This document shows, in pieces, positions 42,761 through 56,388 of a DNA stretch of 64,000 bases (position 1 is its first letter; each line of letters starts with the position of its first letter). The stretch is taken from positions 20,460,001-20,524,000 of the forward strand of contig OX597827.1 of NCBI GenBank assembly GCA_951406725.2. The letters are read 5' to 3'. The translations under genes were made by a program, and so were the position numbers. Origin of the DNA: Octopus vulgaris. Taxonomy: Eukaryota. The notes beneath the pieces were generated by a model. The model was not told the DNA's origin, did not search any database, and worked only from the letters and a program-made list of their open reading frames with translations.

Positions 42761-42920
42761 ATGTATATGTGTGTGTGTGTGTGTGTGTATGTATGTGTGT
42801 GTGTGTATGTGTATGTATATGTGTGTGTGTGTGTGTATGTGTGTGTGTGTGTGTGTGTGTATGTATATGTGTGTGTGTGTGTGTATGTATATGTATATGT
42901 GTGTATACGTGTGTGTGTAT
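42538..42920. repeat. Compound (TA)n/(TG)n microsatellite with higher-order tatgtata(tg)n unit
   Basis: Direct reading; abuts the Helitron 3' end. Confidence 0.95.
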
Positions 42921-42921
42921 A

Positions 42922-44009
42922 CTAGCTGAATGACCCGGCATTGTCCAGCTTATTGCTGTTCTTATTCAGATTTGTAAACAATAAATATGAAGCTCAAATG
43001 AATAAATTGTTGCTGTTTCTAACTCGTGAGCAAGCAACATGGAGTTGGCCGTGTGAGAAGCACGTAGTAGAGAGATCAAGTCCAACTACCTTGAGGGATT
43101 GATCCTGAGATTTGTTGATTGAAGGTACATTCACACACACGTACTCTCTCACATGCATAACTAAAACAGACACACACAGACATACATTCATGCACACCCC
43201 ATGGTAAAACACACACACTCTCTCTCTCTGAATGTCAAACACTTTCATTGTATCTCTCTCCCTCTGTGTGTGTCTCTTTCTTTAGATGTGTGTATGTCAG
43301 TCGTCACAAAAATGTTTGTGTACTCACACACACATACACATATATGTCAGTCGTCACATGTAGATGAGGCCTAACGTACGTAACGAACGCACGCATACAC
43401 ACACACTCACAGACACACTTATATAAAAAAAATGTGACGTCGTGGTGGTATAAAATGTCCTTTACTACACTCACACATATAAGGCGCTCACATACATTAT
43501 ACTAAGATACACACAGACATACATTCACACACTTCAGGGTAACTCTCTCTCTCTCTCTCTCTCTTTGAATATTTAACACTTTAATTGTATCTCTGTATAA
43601 CGACCTATCTCTTTCCCTCTGTGTGTGTGTTTCTTTCTCTCTTTAGAGGTGTGTGTGTATATCAGTCGTCATAAAAATGCATGTATACTCACATACAGTC
43701 ATCACATGTATATGTATGTGTAGATGTGTGTTTAATTCTCTGAGGCTTAACGTACGTAACGAACGCGGAAACACACAAACATATACTCTCATATACAAAA
43801 TGTGACGTAGTTGTAGTGGTGGTATAAAATGTCATTTACTATAGTTGACTATAGAAAGATTATCTCTATGTATTTAATCCAAATGAAAATAAAAATTGCA
43901 TGTTGACACTCGCGGGGTCCAATACTATTACCTTGTAGAATTTGATCCGATTTGGTCGAGCTGTTTGAGAATGCATAGGAAACAGAGAGACAAATAATTT
44001 TATACAGAG
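42922..44009 (-). mobile_element. Helitron derivative retaining Pif1-like helicase C-terminal motifs
   Basis: Minus frame [33 protein letters not shown] matches the Helitron/Pif1 helicase C-terminal motifs (INKSQGQS...FSHGQLYVACSRV). 3' hairpin plus CTAG|T at 42921-42925. Internal ~300-bp tandem duplication. Confidence 0.85.
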
Positions 44010-46492
44010 TGAGATATACCACATTAGGCGAAGGTAAAATATATTTAAGATTTGACGTCAAAAACTTTAAACCTGCTTTTCTTCATGTATGTATAATCAG
44101 ATATAAATATATATACATTATTAGATTAAGTAGCTACACCCTATATAATAACAATAATAATAATCTCTGTTATTCCGACTCACTGATTTGATTAAATTAG
44201 TGATATTTAATTTGCTTTGGCAGCTTTGTTTTTATCTGTCACTTCATCATTTTTATTATTTTTCTCTAGATCTCTCTTCATTTTTCTCTCCATCTCTAAA
44301 TTGTTCGCTCTCAACATTACACACACGCACACACATTCAGATTTAGATTCCTCTTCTCTTAAATTGAATTACCCCTCCCCCGCTCTCATTCTTCTTTCGT
44401 CTATTATCTTCCTCTTCACGCCTTCACACTTTTCTTTTTCACTCCCACCCTTTTGTCATTATTCTGGTTTCTCACTATCTGACCATGCCTCAAGTGTTTG
44501 AGCGTCCGTTTTACTATAATTATACTCCAGCCTTTGATATGGATATTCACGCAAAGTTATTTCACATGGACAGTTGTAGGAGTCAGTGTCGAATTTCAGG
44601 CTGCTTTAGCTGTAAGACAACTTTGGCTCAGCCTTTGTGTATATATATATATATATATATATATTAAGGTATGTAGAAAAATACAACATGGACAAGAACG
44701 TATAACTCTTAGAAGACGACACAATAAACACGGACAGGACATTCGAAACCCTCAGTCTTCAGTCAAGAACCGGATCATCGTAGTAATTTCGGCTGATTAA
44801 TCTTATATATATATAACTTTATGAATGCCGACTTCCCCTCCCCCATCTCTCTTACACACTTACATACACCAACGTTGAATGCATTAATAAAAAAAACTGC
44901 AGTTCATTTCTGTCCTAGTAGTTCTTAAGTTTTCGGTTTCAAGCCTTGTTCCATTTTCTTTTGGTTAATTTTTTTCTGCTCTCCTCACTCACTTGATGTA
45001 TGTTTTCCTTTTCCCTTTCTTTCAGTCTTCCACTTCTCAACATTGCTTTTTCTTTCTACATTACATATTTTATCACGTTACCATTCTAATTCTCATTATT
45101 TATTGTGGAGTACTCTATGTATTCTCTCCCTTGTATTAACTTTTCATCGTGGTTCTCCCATCCCCTTATATTATACTGTCTGTTCAATCTCGCTTCCTGA
45201 CTGTTGGACATTTTCTGTATTTCCTTCTATCCTTTCAGTCAATCTCCCTCTATCTACTGATTGGTTTATTATGTTTATTCCAGTGTCTGCAAAGTGACAT
45301 TATTTCACCTCTTCTGTTGAGTAAGCATATGTTTTCGTAATCATGGTATATTTTATGTTCAGGTGTTTTTCCTGAAACCATTTATGTAAGAAGTGAAACT
45401 GTCTATTATTAACCTGTTCAGTACTATCTGCACACGTATTTCCTACCAGACCCAATGACTAACTCTGATTTGTATTAATTGTATTCAGTGTTGAAAGGGT
45501 TAAGTCTCAAACATACTTTACTTGTGTGTGTATTTAACTTTGTGTGTGTTGCTTTCATATAGTTTTTGTCAGTTTTGTTACCCTTGCAGTAGTTTATTGT
45601 CTTGTAGATTACTTCGTTTTTTTTTTTAGTCAAATTCCACTACGGCACTTGTGCTTGTTTCGGGTTGGCTGCGGATTTCTTGATATATCGTCCTCTGTGA
45701 CTTTCTTGCGTGTTTTCTCTTTTTTGTACACCTATAGCTAACTTTTGTGTTGTTCCTATTTAATAGCTATCAGTTGTCAGTTGAAGTGTTAGAACATCCC
45801 CCCCTCTGTCACTATGTTTAGGTTGAAGGATTTGTTGAACCAGGTGAATTATTTTTTTTTTCTGGTCTTGTTTGGCTTTGGGTATATATTCCATTTCCCC
45901 TTTTAAACCCTTCATTTTAGGATCTAATTTTCAATAATTTTGCGGAGTTTCTTTGTTTTATGTTGCTGATTAAGTTTTTAATTATTGAATTTGGAATGTG
46001 TGCCTGTTCAGTTTTCTTAGGTCCACTTATTCTACCTACTGCAGCAACCTCACAACACACTCTCTCACAGAAGACACTTCTCTCGCCCCTTCGCTTCCAT
46101 CTCCATACACTGTCTCTTTTGTTACTCCCTACACTACTAATCTCTTACTACAAATCATCACTATTTTCATTCTATACTTTCCTTCAGTCAAGGTTGTTGT
46201 TTAGTCTTGTGAGTTACGAGGCGACCTCTCTGGTGATGGTGTCACGAAAGAGCATCTAGTGCCCTCTGTAGAGTGGTTTGTAAAAAGAAGGCCATTGAGC
46301 CGCATAAATCATGCAAAAACTCTCCTGAACTTTCTTGCCTTGTCTCAGAATTTGAAATCAACACACACGCATTTATATATATATGTATATATATATAAAG
46401 TTAATCCAAACATGAAAACACAAAGAGAAAACACAACAACGCGAGGACGTGGAACAAGTATAGTATTATTGGACGCTCAGGAAAGAAGGAGG

Positions 46493-46527
46493 GTTTAACG
46501 TTTCGAGCGGAGCTCTTCGTCAGAAAC
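46493..46527 (-). ncRNA. Minimal type I hammerhead ribozyme motif in a ~200-bp (TA)n-flanked element (46400-46600)
   Basis: Minus strand GTTT-CTGACGA-A-GAGC-TCC-GCTC-GAAA-CG-TT-AAAC: intact core, 4-bp stems I and II, palindromic ACGU stem III. Confidence 0.7.
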
Positions 46528-48126
46528 ATAGGAAAAGGAAAGATCCAAAGAAGGGAAGGCGGAGGAAAAAAATCGCCAACGGTACACACGCGGTCACATA
46601 TATATATATGGAGAAAATATGTAGACTTTGGTCAGATGGAGGTGATGACTCTACCTTTGGCGTTTCTCATCCAAGTGCATCGAAGTTTGTCATTCAAGGA
46701 TCGGTTTACCTAGTCTCTTAAGGACTTACCGCTCTTCTTTATGATCTTCGAACTGGAATAACTGCCACCACACACTTACACACACGCTGTTTCCATTGCT
46801 GGATTTGCCATGATACACGTGGTAAATTGTAACAAATACCTCAATGATAAAGCAAAGTGTTGTTTGTAAGACAAAATAATTTGCTTATATTAACAGAGTG
46901 TGAAATAAATAAAATTCATATAACAGGTTATATATTTCGTTGTGGACTGTGAAAGAAAACTGAAGTTTTATTCCATTTGTTCAATAAATTTCATAGGTTT
47001 TTGTCTATGGAGTCCAGGTCCAGAACATGTCTACCTTGGTCTTTCACAGTTTGTTCTTAATATCTTGTCAGACAAAAGGAAAAAAATGTCGAGGTTGGCG
47101 GGGAGGTCGCCATTGTTGCACTCTGCTTTGGGCATCAGATTTAATCCACTTGTTAACGATATATAATGTATAGCTTGACATTTCTTACATGTGGAGCTAG
47201 CTGTATATATTTATACACATCATTACCAACTCGACTTGTGCTATTTTTCCCTTTGTCTCTCCATCACGCTCTCTCTCTCTCTCTCCCTCCCCCTCTCTCT
47301 CTCTCTAGTGTGTGTATGTTTGTGTGTTACTCTAGGTTGGAGGTGGAGGCAATAATTTGTAGTCCTTGCTGTCATCCACTGAAATATCACCTTAGTGACC
47401 TCCCTCACTCCACTGGAACATTTATTCACCCCTCTTACCCCCGAAGGGCTTTTTTACTCACGTCATGTGCTGCTTGAACTATCCCCCCCTCTCCCCTCTC
47501 CCCCCACTTTCACTGCGTACGTGGTAGACAGTGAGTGTTATTATCCCGTTAGTGTGTGTGTGTGCGCCGTTGCGTTTGGGTGTCGCTATGTCAGTGGTGT
47601 CGGTTTTAGACAGAAATAAATGTTTGACATGTTTGAGCATGCGACAGCTACAGACATACCTATATACAGTTACACACACATACACACACAGCTAAACAGC
47701 CTGTTGCCTGCATAGGAACATCGCGTAATGTCCTAACCACCCCTATGCTCAGCCGTGCACACTCACCCTCCCACACATTACAACTGACATAAACAGACAT
47801 TATTAACATTAGTTGGACAAGCTCTCACCGCACACCAAATAAGACACGCACTATACACACATGTATATACAAGTCCTAAACCGATTTACTGTTAGTGTCT
47901 GGCTAATAACCTTGACTTTCTTTCCTTCCATTCCCTACACAGAACATACATTGAACATTGCCAATATTTCTCTGCGGGTCTTCTTTTGTGTTACTCTATT
48001 ACATCGACATTCGCATATATACCTATAAAATGTCAATACCCCATCCGGCTAAATTCTGGAGGTCTTTAATTAGCCTCCTGTTTCTTTGACCTTGCTTCTT
48101 GATATCTAATACTAACGAAAGCAACA

Positions 48127-48200
<74 letters not shown>

Positions 48201-48229
48201 CTCTATCTATCTATCTATCTATCTCTCTA

Positions 48230-48261
<32 letters not shown>

Positions 48262-48789
48262 TTTCTCTCTATCTCTCTATCTCTCTATCTAATCTATTTA
48301 TCTCTTCACTGTCACATCTGTCTGGTGTGATGTGTCTGATTTAAAGAGCAGTAAAAGGAACAGCTTGATTTATCTGGGAAGCGAGGTGGAAATATTATCT
48401 AAAAACAGTTAATTTCTTGGCTGGAATGGCGTCTGGCTTTGAAATAATGCTTCAATAAGTCTTGTCCAACCCATGCCAGCATGGTGGTAGTAAAGATGCT
48501 TCTATATGGTCATTTGAAATACAAGAAATAGCAGTCAAATTTCCTTCAAACAACAGATTCCTGTATTATAAAAGGCACATTTGGTAATGTAGTCCTAGAT
48601 ATACGCTTTAAATAGTTTTATCAGATGGGCAGCACCCGTTGTTGTTGGCGGTGGCGCCACTGCAGCTGTCGTCATCCGCAACTCTTATGTTGCATCAAAA
48701 CATTCTCAAAGTTGAGACTTGACTGCAATGTCTACTACAGATGGGATTCTATTCAAAGTTTTAGGATTGCAATTCTGTTTTGGTGGGGC

Positions 48790-49035
48790 GGGTCTTCAGG
48801 AGTACAACAATGCACCACATATCTCGGTCCTTTGTCATCTCCTTCATAAGGTTCAACATTTTGAGATCAACCTTCAGTACTTCATTCCAGATCTTCCTGG
48901 GTCTCCCTCTTCCGCAACTTCTCTCTCTCCTTTGAGTGATTGGCACTTCTTTATGCAACTGTCTTCATCCATCCACATCACCTGATCAAACCAGTACAGT
49001 CTCCTCTCATGCACCCTGCATATAATTCCTCTTGG
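48790..49035 (-). mobile_element. RTE/RTE-X-like LINE RT C-terminal fragment
   Basis: ERRLYWFDQV.WMDED...GRGRPRKIWNEVLKVDL. Confidence 0.75.
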
Positions 49036-49064
49036 TGACTTGTAGGGATGTGGTATTTTGCTAT

Positions 49065-49300
49065 TAAGGCGGCGAGCTGGCAGAAACGTTAGCACGCCGG
49101 GCGAAATGCGTAGCCGTATTTCGTCTGCCGTTATGTTCTGAGTTCAAATTCCGCCGAGGTCGACTTTGCCTTTCATCCTTTCGGGGTCGATTAAATAAGT
49201 ACCAGTTACGCACTGGGGTCGATGTAATCGATTTAATCCATGTGTCTGTCCTTGTTTTTCCCCTCTGTGTTTAGCCCTTTGTGGGTAGTAAAGAAATAGA
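49065..49300 (+). mobile_element. tRNA-derived SINE family B (Nin-domain-like), young full-length copy
   Basis: GGCGGCGAGCTGGCAGAA head, GAGTTCAAATTCC B-box, ctttcatcctttcggggtcgat core; 11-bp TSD tattttgctat (49054-49064/49301-49311). Confidence 0.9.
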
Positions 49301-49764
49301 TATTTTGCTATGTGACCAAAAAATACTATAAAGTATGTTAAGCATTTTTATAAGTCAGTGCCATGTCCTACAGTGTTAGCAGTGCAATTTACATCACTTG
49401 TTAAGGTTCTCTCCATAGATATTCTATAGAAATTATGGCCAGTACTGGCTTTTGTTATGACGTTTTGATATTTCATAACCAAAACATCATTACAAAAACC
49501 AGTGGTGGCTATGCTTTCTATAGAATATCCTTTACTTACTTCAGTCATTTGACTGGGGCCATGCTGGAGCACTGCCTTTTAGTCGAAGAAATTGACCCCT
49601 GGATTCATTCTTTGTAAGCCTGGTACTTATTCTATCAGTTTTTCTACTGAACTGCCAAACACTCCAACATCGGTTGTCAAGCGATGGGGGTGGGGGAAAA
49701 CACAGACACACATAAATATATACATACATACACACACACACACACATATATATACTACTATGAT

Positions 49765-50437
49765 CATGTGTTGTGTATAGATGAGGACAGCTGGGTGCAA
49801 AAGTGTTACACCCTAGCAGAAGAGGGAACCTGAGGAAGAGGTAGACCCAAGAAGACTTGGCATGAGGTGGTGAAGCACAATCTTAAAACTTTCGGCTTCA
49901 CCAAGGCGATGATAAGTGACCGAGACCTTTGGAGATATGCTGTGCTTGAGAAGACCCAGCAAGCCAAGTGAGACCGTAACCAAATGGCCTATGCCAGTGC
50001 AGCATAACCAGCCCATTTAAGAGCACCCTTCAATCATTGAGCAATAAACTGCTCTTGTTGAGGCCAGTGATGTCGTTGTCATGGCCAATGAGAGTACTGC
50101 CTGGTTGGCACCCATGCCAGTGGCACGTAAAAAGCACCATTCAAGCGTGGTCAATGCCAGTGCCAGCTGACTGGTCTTGTGTCAGTGGTATGTAAAAAGC
50201 ACCATTCGAGCGTGGTCAATGCCAATACTGCCTGACTGGCCCTCGTGCCAGTGGCATGCAAAAAGCACCCACTACATTCTTGAAGTGGTTGGCGTTAGGA
50301 AGGGCATCCAGCTGTAGAAACATTGCCAGATCAGATTGGAGCCTGGGGTAGCCTTCTGGCTCGCCATCCCGCAGTCAAACCATCCAACCCATGCCAGCAT
50401 GGAAAGAGGACGTTAAATGATGATGAGGATGATTATG
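49765..50437 (+). mobile_element. RTE/RTE-X-like LINE 3' end with tandemly repeated 3' UTR and (TGA)n tail
   Basis: GRGRPKKTWHEVVK..L; three ~60-70 bp units containing tgccagtggcacgtaaaaagcacc; ends gacgttaaatgatgatg. Confidence 0.8.
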
Positions 50438-50589
50438 ATATATATATATAACAGGCTTCTTTCAGCTTCTGTCTACCAAATCCACTCACAAAGCTTTCGT
50501 TGGTCCAAGGCTATAGTTGATGACACTTGCCCAAGGTGTTACGAAGTGGGTCTGAGCCCAGAACCACGTGGTTGGGAAGCAAGTTTAGA

Positions 50590-51170
50590 GATAACCTTAA
50601 CAAGTGATACTTCCTCTTATGCCCACCATTTCTCTCAATATACCAATGCTCACACATCTACTGGAGCATACCAGCTTCATTCCTCTGCAGCCTTCATTTG
50701 TCCTTTGCATTCAGGGCCTACATCTCACTGCTATGCAGCATCACAGTACACATGCATCTTACAATTTTCCCTTCACTCAGAGAGAGAGAGAGAGAGACTT
50801 CACTCAGAGAGAGAGAGAGACCTTTGGTTGCCAACTGAGGTAAAAGCTCTCTGAACTTTCTCCATCCTATTCTTATTCTAGCAACTACACTTACTGTACA
50901 ACCTCCTCCACTGCTAATTAGGTCACCTCGGTAGCCAAAATTATCTACAACTTCCAGAGAGTTACTGGGATATTTGAGGAAATCAGTTTCTTGTGTATCT
51001 GTGGACTTTATGGCTCCCATACACTTTCCACATACAAACAATACTTTCTCCGTTAACCTTCTTACTATTCCACTGCACCTCTTGTGTAGCCATAGCTTGC
51101 ACTGGGTATACTGAATGGAATTTCTGCCTCCACCCTTCCTACATATTGAGCAGGGCCATTTACTAGAAGG
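50590..51170 (-). mobile_element. RTE/RTE-X-like LINE RT fragment
   Basis: LEVVDNFGYRGDLISSGGGCTVSVVARIRIGWRKFRELLP. Confidence 0.8.
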
Positions 51171-51908
51171 GTGACAGGTGCTGTTCTTTTTCCACCTGGA
51201 ATTTCTTTTCTAATTCTGTTACAGATTCTGCTTAATAATTCCAAGTGGGTTATTACAATTGAACACAGACGATCATAAATCTGCTGGATGAGGGCTGGGA
51301 ATAAACAACACCATGCAAAAAGTAGAACCTTTCAAAGAACTATTTTGTTATTTTGCCTTGTCATCATTTTTATAGAGACTGGGTTACCTAGGCCTGAGCA
51401 CCTTGGACCTTGTGGTCCTTCACCATCTGGCACTCCATAGCAACTGTGGAAAACCAGTTGTCTATATCAAGACTGTCATGCATCTTACAGGTGGATGCCT
51501 TTCCTAAAACCAACCGCTTTACAATGTTTTATTATGCTACAAGTACAAAGTGGACATCTGCAGCAGACTAGATTCCCCTTTATCTTTTATCAGTTCTAGA
51601 TGGGTTGTGTGTGATGGGGAATACGAATTCCACATCTTCCTAGATATTCCTCTTTTTTTTTTTTTTTTGGCTGCATATTCTTCTTATCAGGGAATTTTCC
51701 AATTCCCTTTAGTATTCCTCTAATACTTTCTGCCAGTGATATTTAAACATTTTAATTACTAATAATAATTAGGGTCATACAGAGAAAGGAAAAAAATATT
51801 TGGTTATTAATAAGATAACACTTAGCTTAAGATAATTCCTTTTAGTATAAGCAGGACTGAAATTGTAGTTCACCATAATGGAGACAGCAAAACAGCATTC
51901 GTTTACTA

Positions 51909-51940
<32 letters not shown>

Positions 51941-52348
51941 TTTTGGTTATTTTTTGGTATAAAATCATAAAAATGTTAGCAGTGTAAAGAGTCAAATATC
52001 TATGCCTTCCTACCTAAGGTAAACGGGTTCAAATATTACCTGGGCAATAAGAGATATATTGAAGAATGAATGCAAGGACTTAAAAAGAAGTTTCCTATTT
52101 TTATAGACTCTAGTCTAATCTGAAGCAAATGAAATGCAACTGGTGCTTGTCCAAATCACTTCATAGGAACTTGCCTAATCTTAACTGACTCTCACGAGGA
52201 GTAGCAATTGACATCAAAGAACCTTTGATTACTTGAATGTGTAGCAAAATACAATTTGAGCCATCGACATCATTTCTTTTCAATCTTTTCCTCTAGAGAC
52301 AATGATTCTGATTTCTCTCAAATAATATCATCCTGTTTATCTAGTGTA

Positions 52349-52387
<39 letters not shown>

Positions 52388-53652
52388 TAGAATCAAACAT
52401 TTCCCTAGGGTTGTTGGGTACAGAAAAGTTTGGAAACTTCTCTACCTTACAATCACTGTATCTTGTCATACATTTGTATGTGTGTGTGTGTGTTTGCGTG
52501 TCTATACATCTGGCGTAGTTGCCTTTAAATCTGTTTGTGTGTAGTAAAGCAAAAAGAAAGTGTACTTGAGAGTTTGTTTATCTGACATTTATACTATTTT
52601 TTTTAAGTATGTGTCTCTGTGTATGTCTGTGTAATGTATCTAACTATCTTTTGTGTATTTACTTCTGTGTATGAGTATGACTGTGTACATTTGTCTCTTG
52701 ATTGCTTTGTAAATAGTTTTCATGAAACATGGTGGATGTGTTTTGAATGGTTTCATTCTTTGGTTGTGATCCTCTAATTAGGTTAGCAGTCAGCTGAAGT
52801 AGTCTACTATCACTGGGGCATAACATTAGATGTATGCCTGTGGTGAGTCTCAGTAAGGCAGGACACTGAAGGCTGGTACTGCGGGGTGGGGGGAAGAGCT
52901 GTTGATCTTTCTATTCATAGAAACATTACTTCATCAAAACCATTACACCAATATAAACTGTACTCATTGATGTGTGCTGTGTTGTTTCATGGTTTGAGCT
53001 GAGCAATTTAGCCCCAAAATATTTCCTCCCAGCCAACTCCTCAATCCTTAAATCAGCCATATGTTCCATACATGTCTGTGATCCATCAAGTGAATTAACT
53101 CTCTGTCAGTCTTAAATACAAAGTTGTTATTTTAGTCTCACATTGACCCTTATTCTGTAAACAAATGATGAGAAACATTCCAGCAATGACCATCCCATCT
53201 TTTATATGGGTGTCATGTATCTAATGCTACATTATCTAAAGTTGGTGTAAGTACCATATTTCTTAAAACAGTATGATTTAAAGAGAACTTAACTACTATC
53301 TCTAGCTGGTTGAGCTACTATGATGTATTGGGTAATGTTATCTGGAGTACATTATGCCAAAGAGAAAAAGACTGGATGGTCACATCTGGAATACAAGGAT
53401 AGAGTCAATATGATGTAAAGCAACAACTACCCACCTCCACTTAAATGTTCAATGCAGCATTATCATCAGTCCTCACCATCACATTAGTCATTACAGACAC
53501 CCATCATCGTCATCACCATAACCACCACCACCACTGCTAACTCCCACTCTATCCCCAACCTAAACCACAACCTTATATCATTTCAAATTATTATTTGCAA
53601 CCGCAATTAAAGCTGTTACTTCTTTCTCTTTCCATGTGCAGGTTGCAGCAGC

Positions 53653-53928
53653 ATGAGCAATGTGCACCATCCTCGGCGGCGCAAGCGACGGCCTATGAAT
53701 GGTGTTAAGACAGTGGATGTTATTCGCGGCACACTTGGCTACGGTTTCACAATTTCTGGTCAGGGCCCTTGTACCCTGAGTTGTATTGTAAGCGGAAGCC
53801 CCGCTGAAGCTATTGGTCTCAAACCTGGTGACTTCCTTCTGGCTGTTAATGGGGAGAATGTTTCCAAGGCACCACATGATGAGGTTGTGCGTATGATTGG
53901 CACTTCTGTGGGAACCCTTACTCTGCAG
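53653..53928 (+). CDS. RGS12: RGS12/loco-like regulator of G-protein signalling, first coding exon (PDZ domain)
   Basis: Translation VDVIRGTLGYGFTISGQGPCTLSCIVSGSPAEAIGLKPGDFLLAVNGENVSKAPHDEVVRMIG is a PDZ domain closely resembling the RGS12 N-terminal PDZ (GYGFTLSGQAPCVLSCV...SPA). Polypyrimidine tract plus acceptor tgcag ends at 53641; ATG at 53653; donor CAG|GTAAGT after 53928. 276 nt, phase 0. Confidence 0.92.
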
Positions 53929-54614
53929 GTAAGTTTTTTGTTGTTGTTTAGCACCAGGGCAACCTGGATTGGGTAGGACTATGATCAAAGCTGTGCCAAC
54001 CATGGCCATCCTATTTAAGATTTTGTATTGACTACATTATCTAGTTTGTCTTTTCCTTTTTCTAAGATGTTAATGTTTAGTTTGAGGGAGATTTGGTTGC
54101 TATTTCTAGCAGGTTGATCAACCACAGAGAGACCCCCCCCATTTGTTGAAGGAGACAGTGGTGGATATTATGTTGCTTTTTCAATTTGATGCTAAAAGTG
54201 CTCCTTGGTTAGATGAGGTCAGGATGTGCTAATGTGTAGCTTTTTAATTAGTATTTGACAGATAATGATAACAAAACTAGTCAACCATGAGTAACATTCC
54301 TGAAAAAACCTGCCGTTAATTCCTGTCTTTGTATTAAACTGATTTCTGTACAAGGTCTTGCTCAGAAAGAGCTCAGAATACCTGCAACAGTTATGAATTT
54401 GGTAGTTCACTATGTAAATGAAGCTGGATTATTCTTACCTGTAACAACAATGGAAGAACTATCACTGTTTCTCAGAATAATCCACTACAATGTTTTTGGC
54501 TTTCATATTTTTACTTATGCATTGAACAAAAATCTCAGTTCACAATTTTATGCAGGACTTGAAAATTTTCTCAGACTTTTGGTATTTTATGTCCAATAAC
54601 CTAAAACTCTTTTG

Positions 54615-54830
54615 ATCATCATCATCATCATCATTTAACGTCCCTTTTCCATGCTGGCATGGGCTGGATGGTTTGACCGGGGTCTGGGAAGCCAGGAAGC
54701 TGCACCAGGCCCCAATCTGATCTTGCAGTGTTTCTACAGCTGGATGCCCTTCCTAACGCCAACCACTCCGTGAGTGTAGTGGGTGCTTTTTACGTGCCAC
54801 CAGCACAGGGGCCAGAGGAGGCTGGCAAAC
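54615..54830 (-). mobile_element. LINE 3' tail (same family as 49765-50437)
   Basis: (CAT)n ttaacgtcc...ccatgctggcatggg...gccaaccactcc...gtgctttttacgtgccacc. Confidence 0.85.
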
Positions 54831-55789
54831 ATATTGAAGGTTCTTGTAATATTTGTTGACAGCTTGGTTATCTCTCTCTCTCTCTCTCTTTTCCTCTCTC
54901 TCTCTCTCTCTCTTTTCCTCTCTTTTCTCTCTCTCTCTCTTTTCCTCTCTCTCTCTCCCATCCCCCTCTCTCTGGTGTTTTGGTAGACATGAATGAAGTA
55001 TATCGTTTATTGGATAGATGGCATGGAAAAATAGTTTTACAGACTATTTTAGTGACACCACTTAGGTTCTAAGAAATGAACCGGGTGGGGGACTGATCAC
55101 TAGAAGTTTTTCCTCTTCCATGTTATGGTTGCAGGTGTGTTTGTGTGGTTAAGAAGCTTGCTTTGCTACCCTCTGCTTTTGAGTTGGATTCCATAGTGCT
55201 GTGATTTAGGCAAATGTCATCTACCATAGCCTTGCACTAACCAATCAATGATATTTGCTGGACAGAAATTGTGAAGTGGCCTATCATTTATACATTGTGT
55301 GTGCATGCGTGTGTGTGTGGATTATTATAAGGTCAACAGTCCTTGACTAAACGACTCAGAAAGTAGTTTGGTCTTTCTACCTTTGGTATTCAAATATTAC
55401 CAGAGATGACTTAACTTTCACTCTTCTGAGTTCAGTAAAATAAATACCAGTCATATACTGGGGTTTCCATACAAATTTATAGTCTTGAATCAGTCCCAGA
55501 AATCATTACTTTTGTTGTCTACCTGCAGTGTTGTTCAGTAACTTCTTATTCTTGTTCTTTTGATGGTTTCATTTATTAGACCGTGGTCATATTTGGTCAC
55601 CAACTTCATTGGTTTTAGTCTCTCCAAGTAATTGTTTCAATTTGATGGTTATTTTATCAGTTTATGTGTCAAACTGTTATGTTGCAGACATTAAGGGACT
55701 CAATATCAACATAACAATGGTTGCTTAGATTGATGCAAATATCATCACGTACAATTTCACACACATATATAATTCAAACATATACATAT

Positions 55790-56182
55790 AGGTGCAGGAG
55801 TGGCTGTGTGGTAAGTAGCTTGTTTACCAACCACATGGTTCCGGGTTCAGTCTCACTGCGTGGCACCTTGGGCAAGTATCTTCTACTATAGCCTCGGGCC
55901 GACCAAAGCCTTGTGAGTGGATTTGGTAGACGGAAACTGAAAGAAGCCCGTCGTATATATGTATGCGTTTGTGTGTCTGTGTTTGTCCCCCTAGTATTGC
56001 TTGACAACCGATGCTGGTGTGTTTATGCCCCCGTTACTTAGCGGTTCAGCAAAAGAGACCAATAGAATAAGTACTAGGCTTACAAAAGAATACGTCCCAG
56101 GGTCGAATTGCTTGATTAAAGGTGGTGCCTCAGCATGGCCGCAGTCAAATGACTGAAACAAGTAAAAGAGTAAAGAGAGAGT
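55790..56182 (+). mobile_element. SINE family A, RGS12 intron
   Basis: Full-length match with several CpG>TpG/CpA changes. Confidence 0.9.
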
Positions 56183-56388
56183 ATATATATCTAACTTCCT
56201 AGCAAATTCCACTTTTGAGGTATCGGTTTATCTGAGGTGTTAGTAGAAAACACTTGCCCAAGGTACTGTGCTATGGGATCAAACCTGAGCTTGTGATTGT
56301 GAGGTGAACTTCTTAACCAAATGCCTTCAGCCATGTTACTTAATGCTGTATCAGTCTGTCTACATTTTATCTTTCTTTCTTTCTGCAG

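Noticed and set aside
44663-44805. (TA)n-bounded element with CCGAAA and CTGAAGA on minus
   Set aside because: Could not assemble consistent stems and a cleavage triplet; may be a truncated relative but not supportable as a hammerhead.
50080-50280. CRISPR-like repeat-spacer appearance (also 62840-63130)
   Set aside because: Eukaryotic LINE 3' UTR tandem subrepeats; the 'spacers' resemble each other and there are no cas genes.
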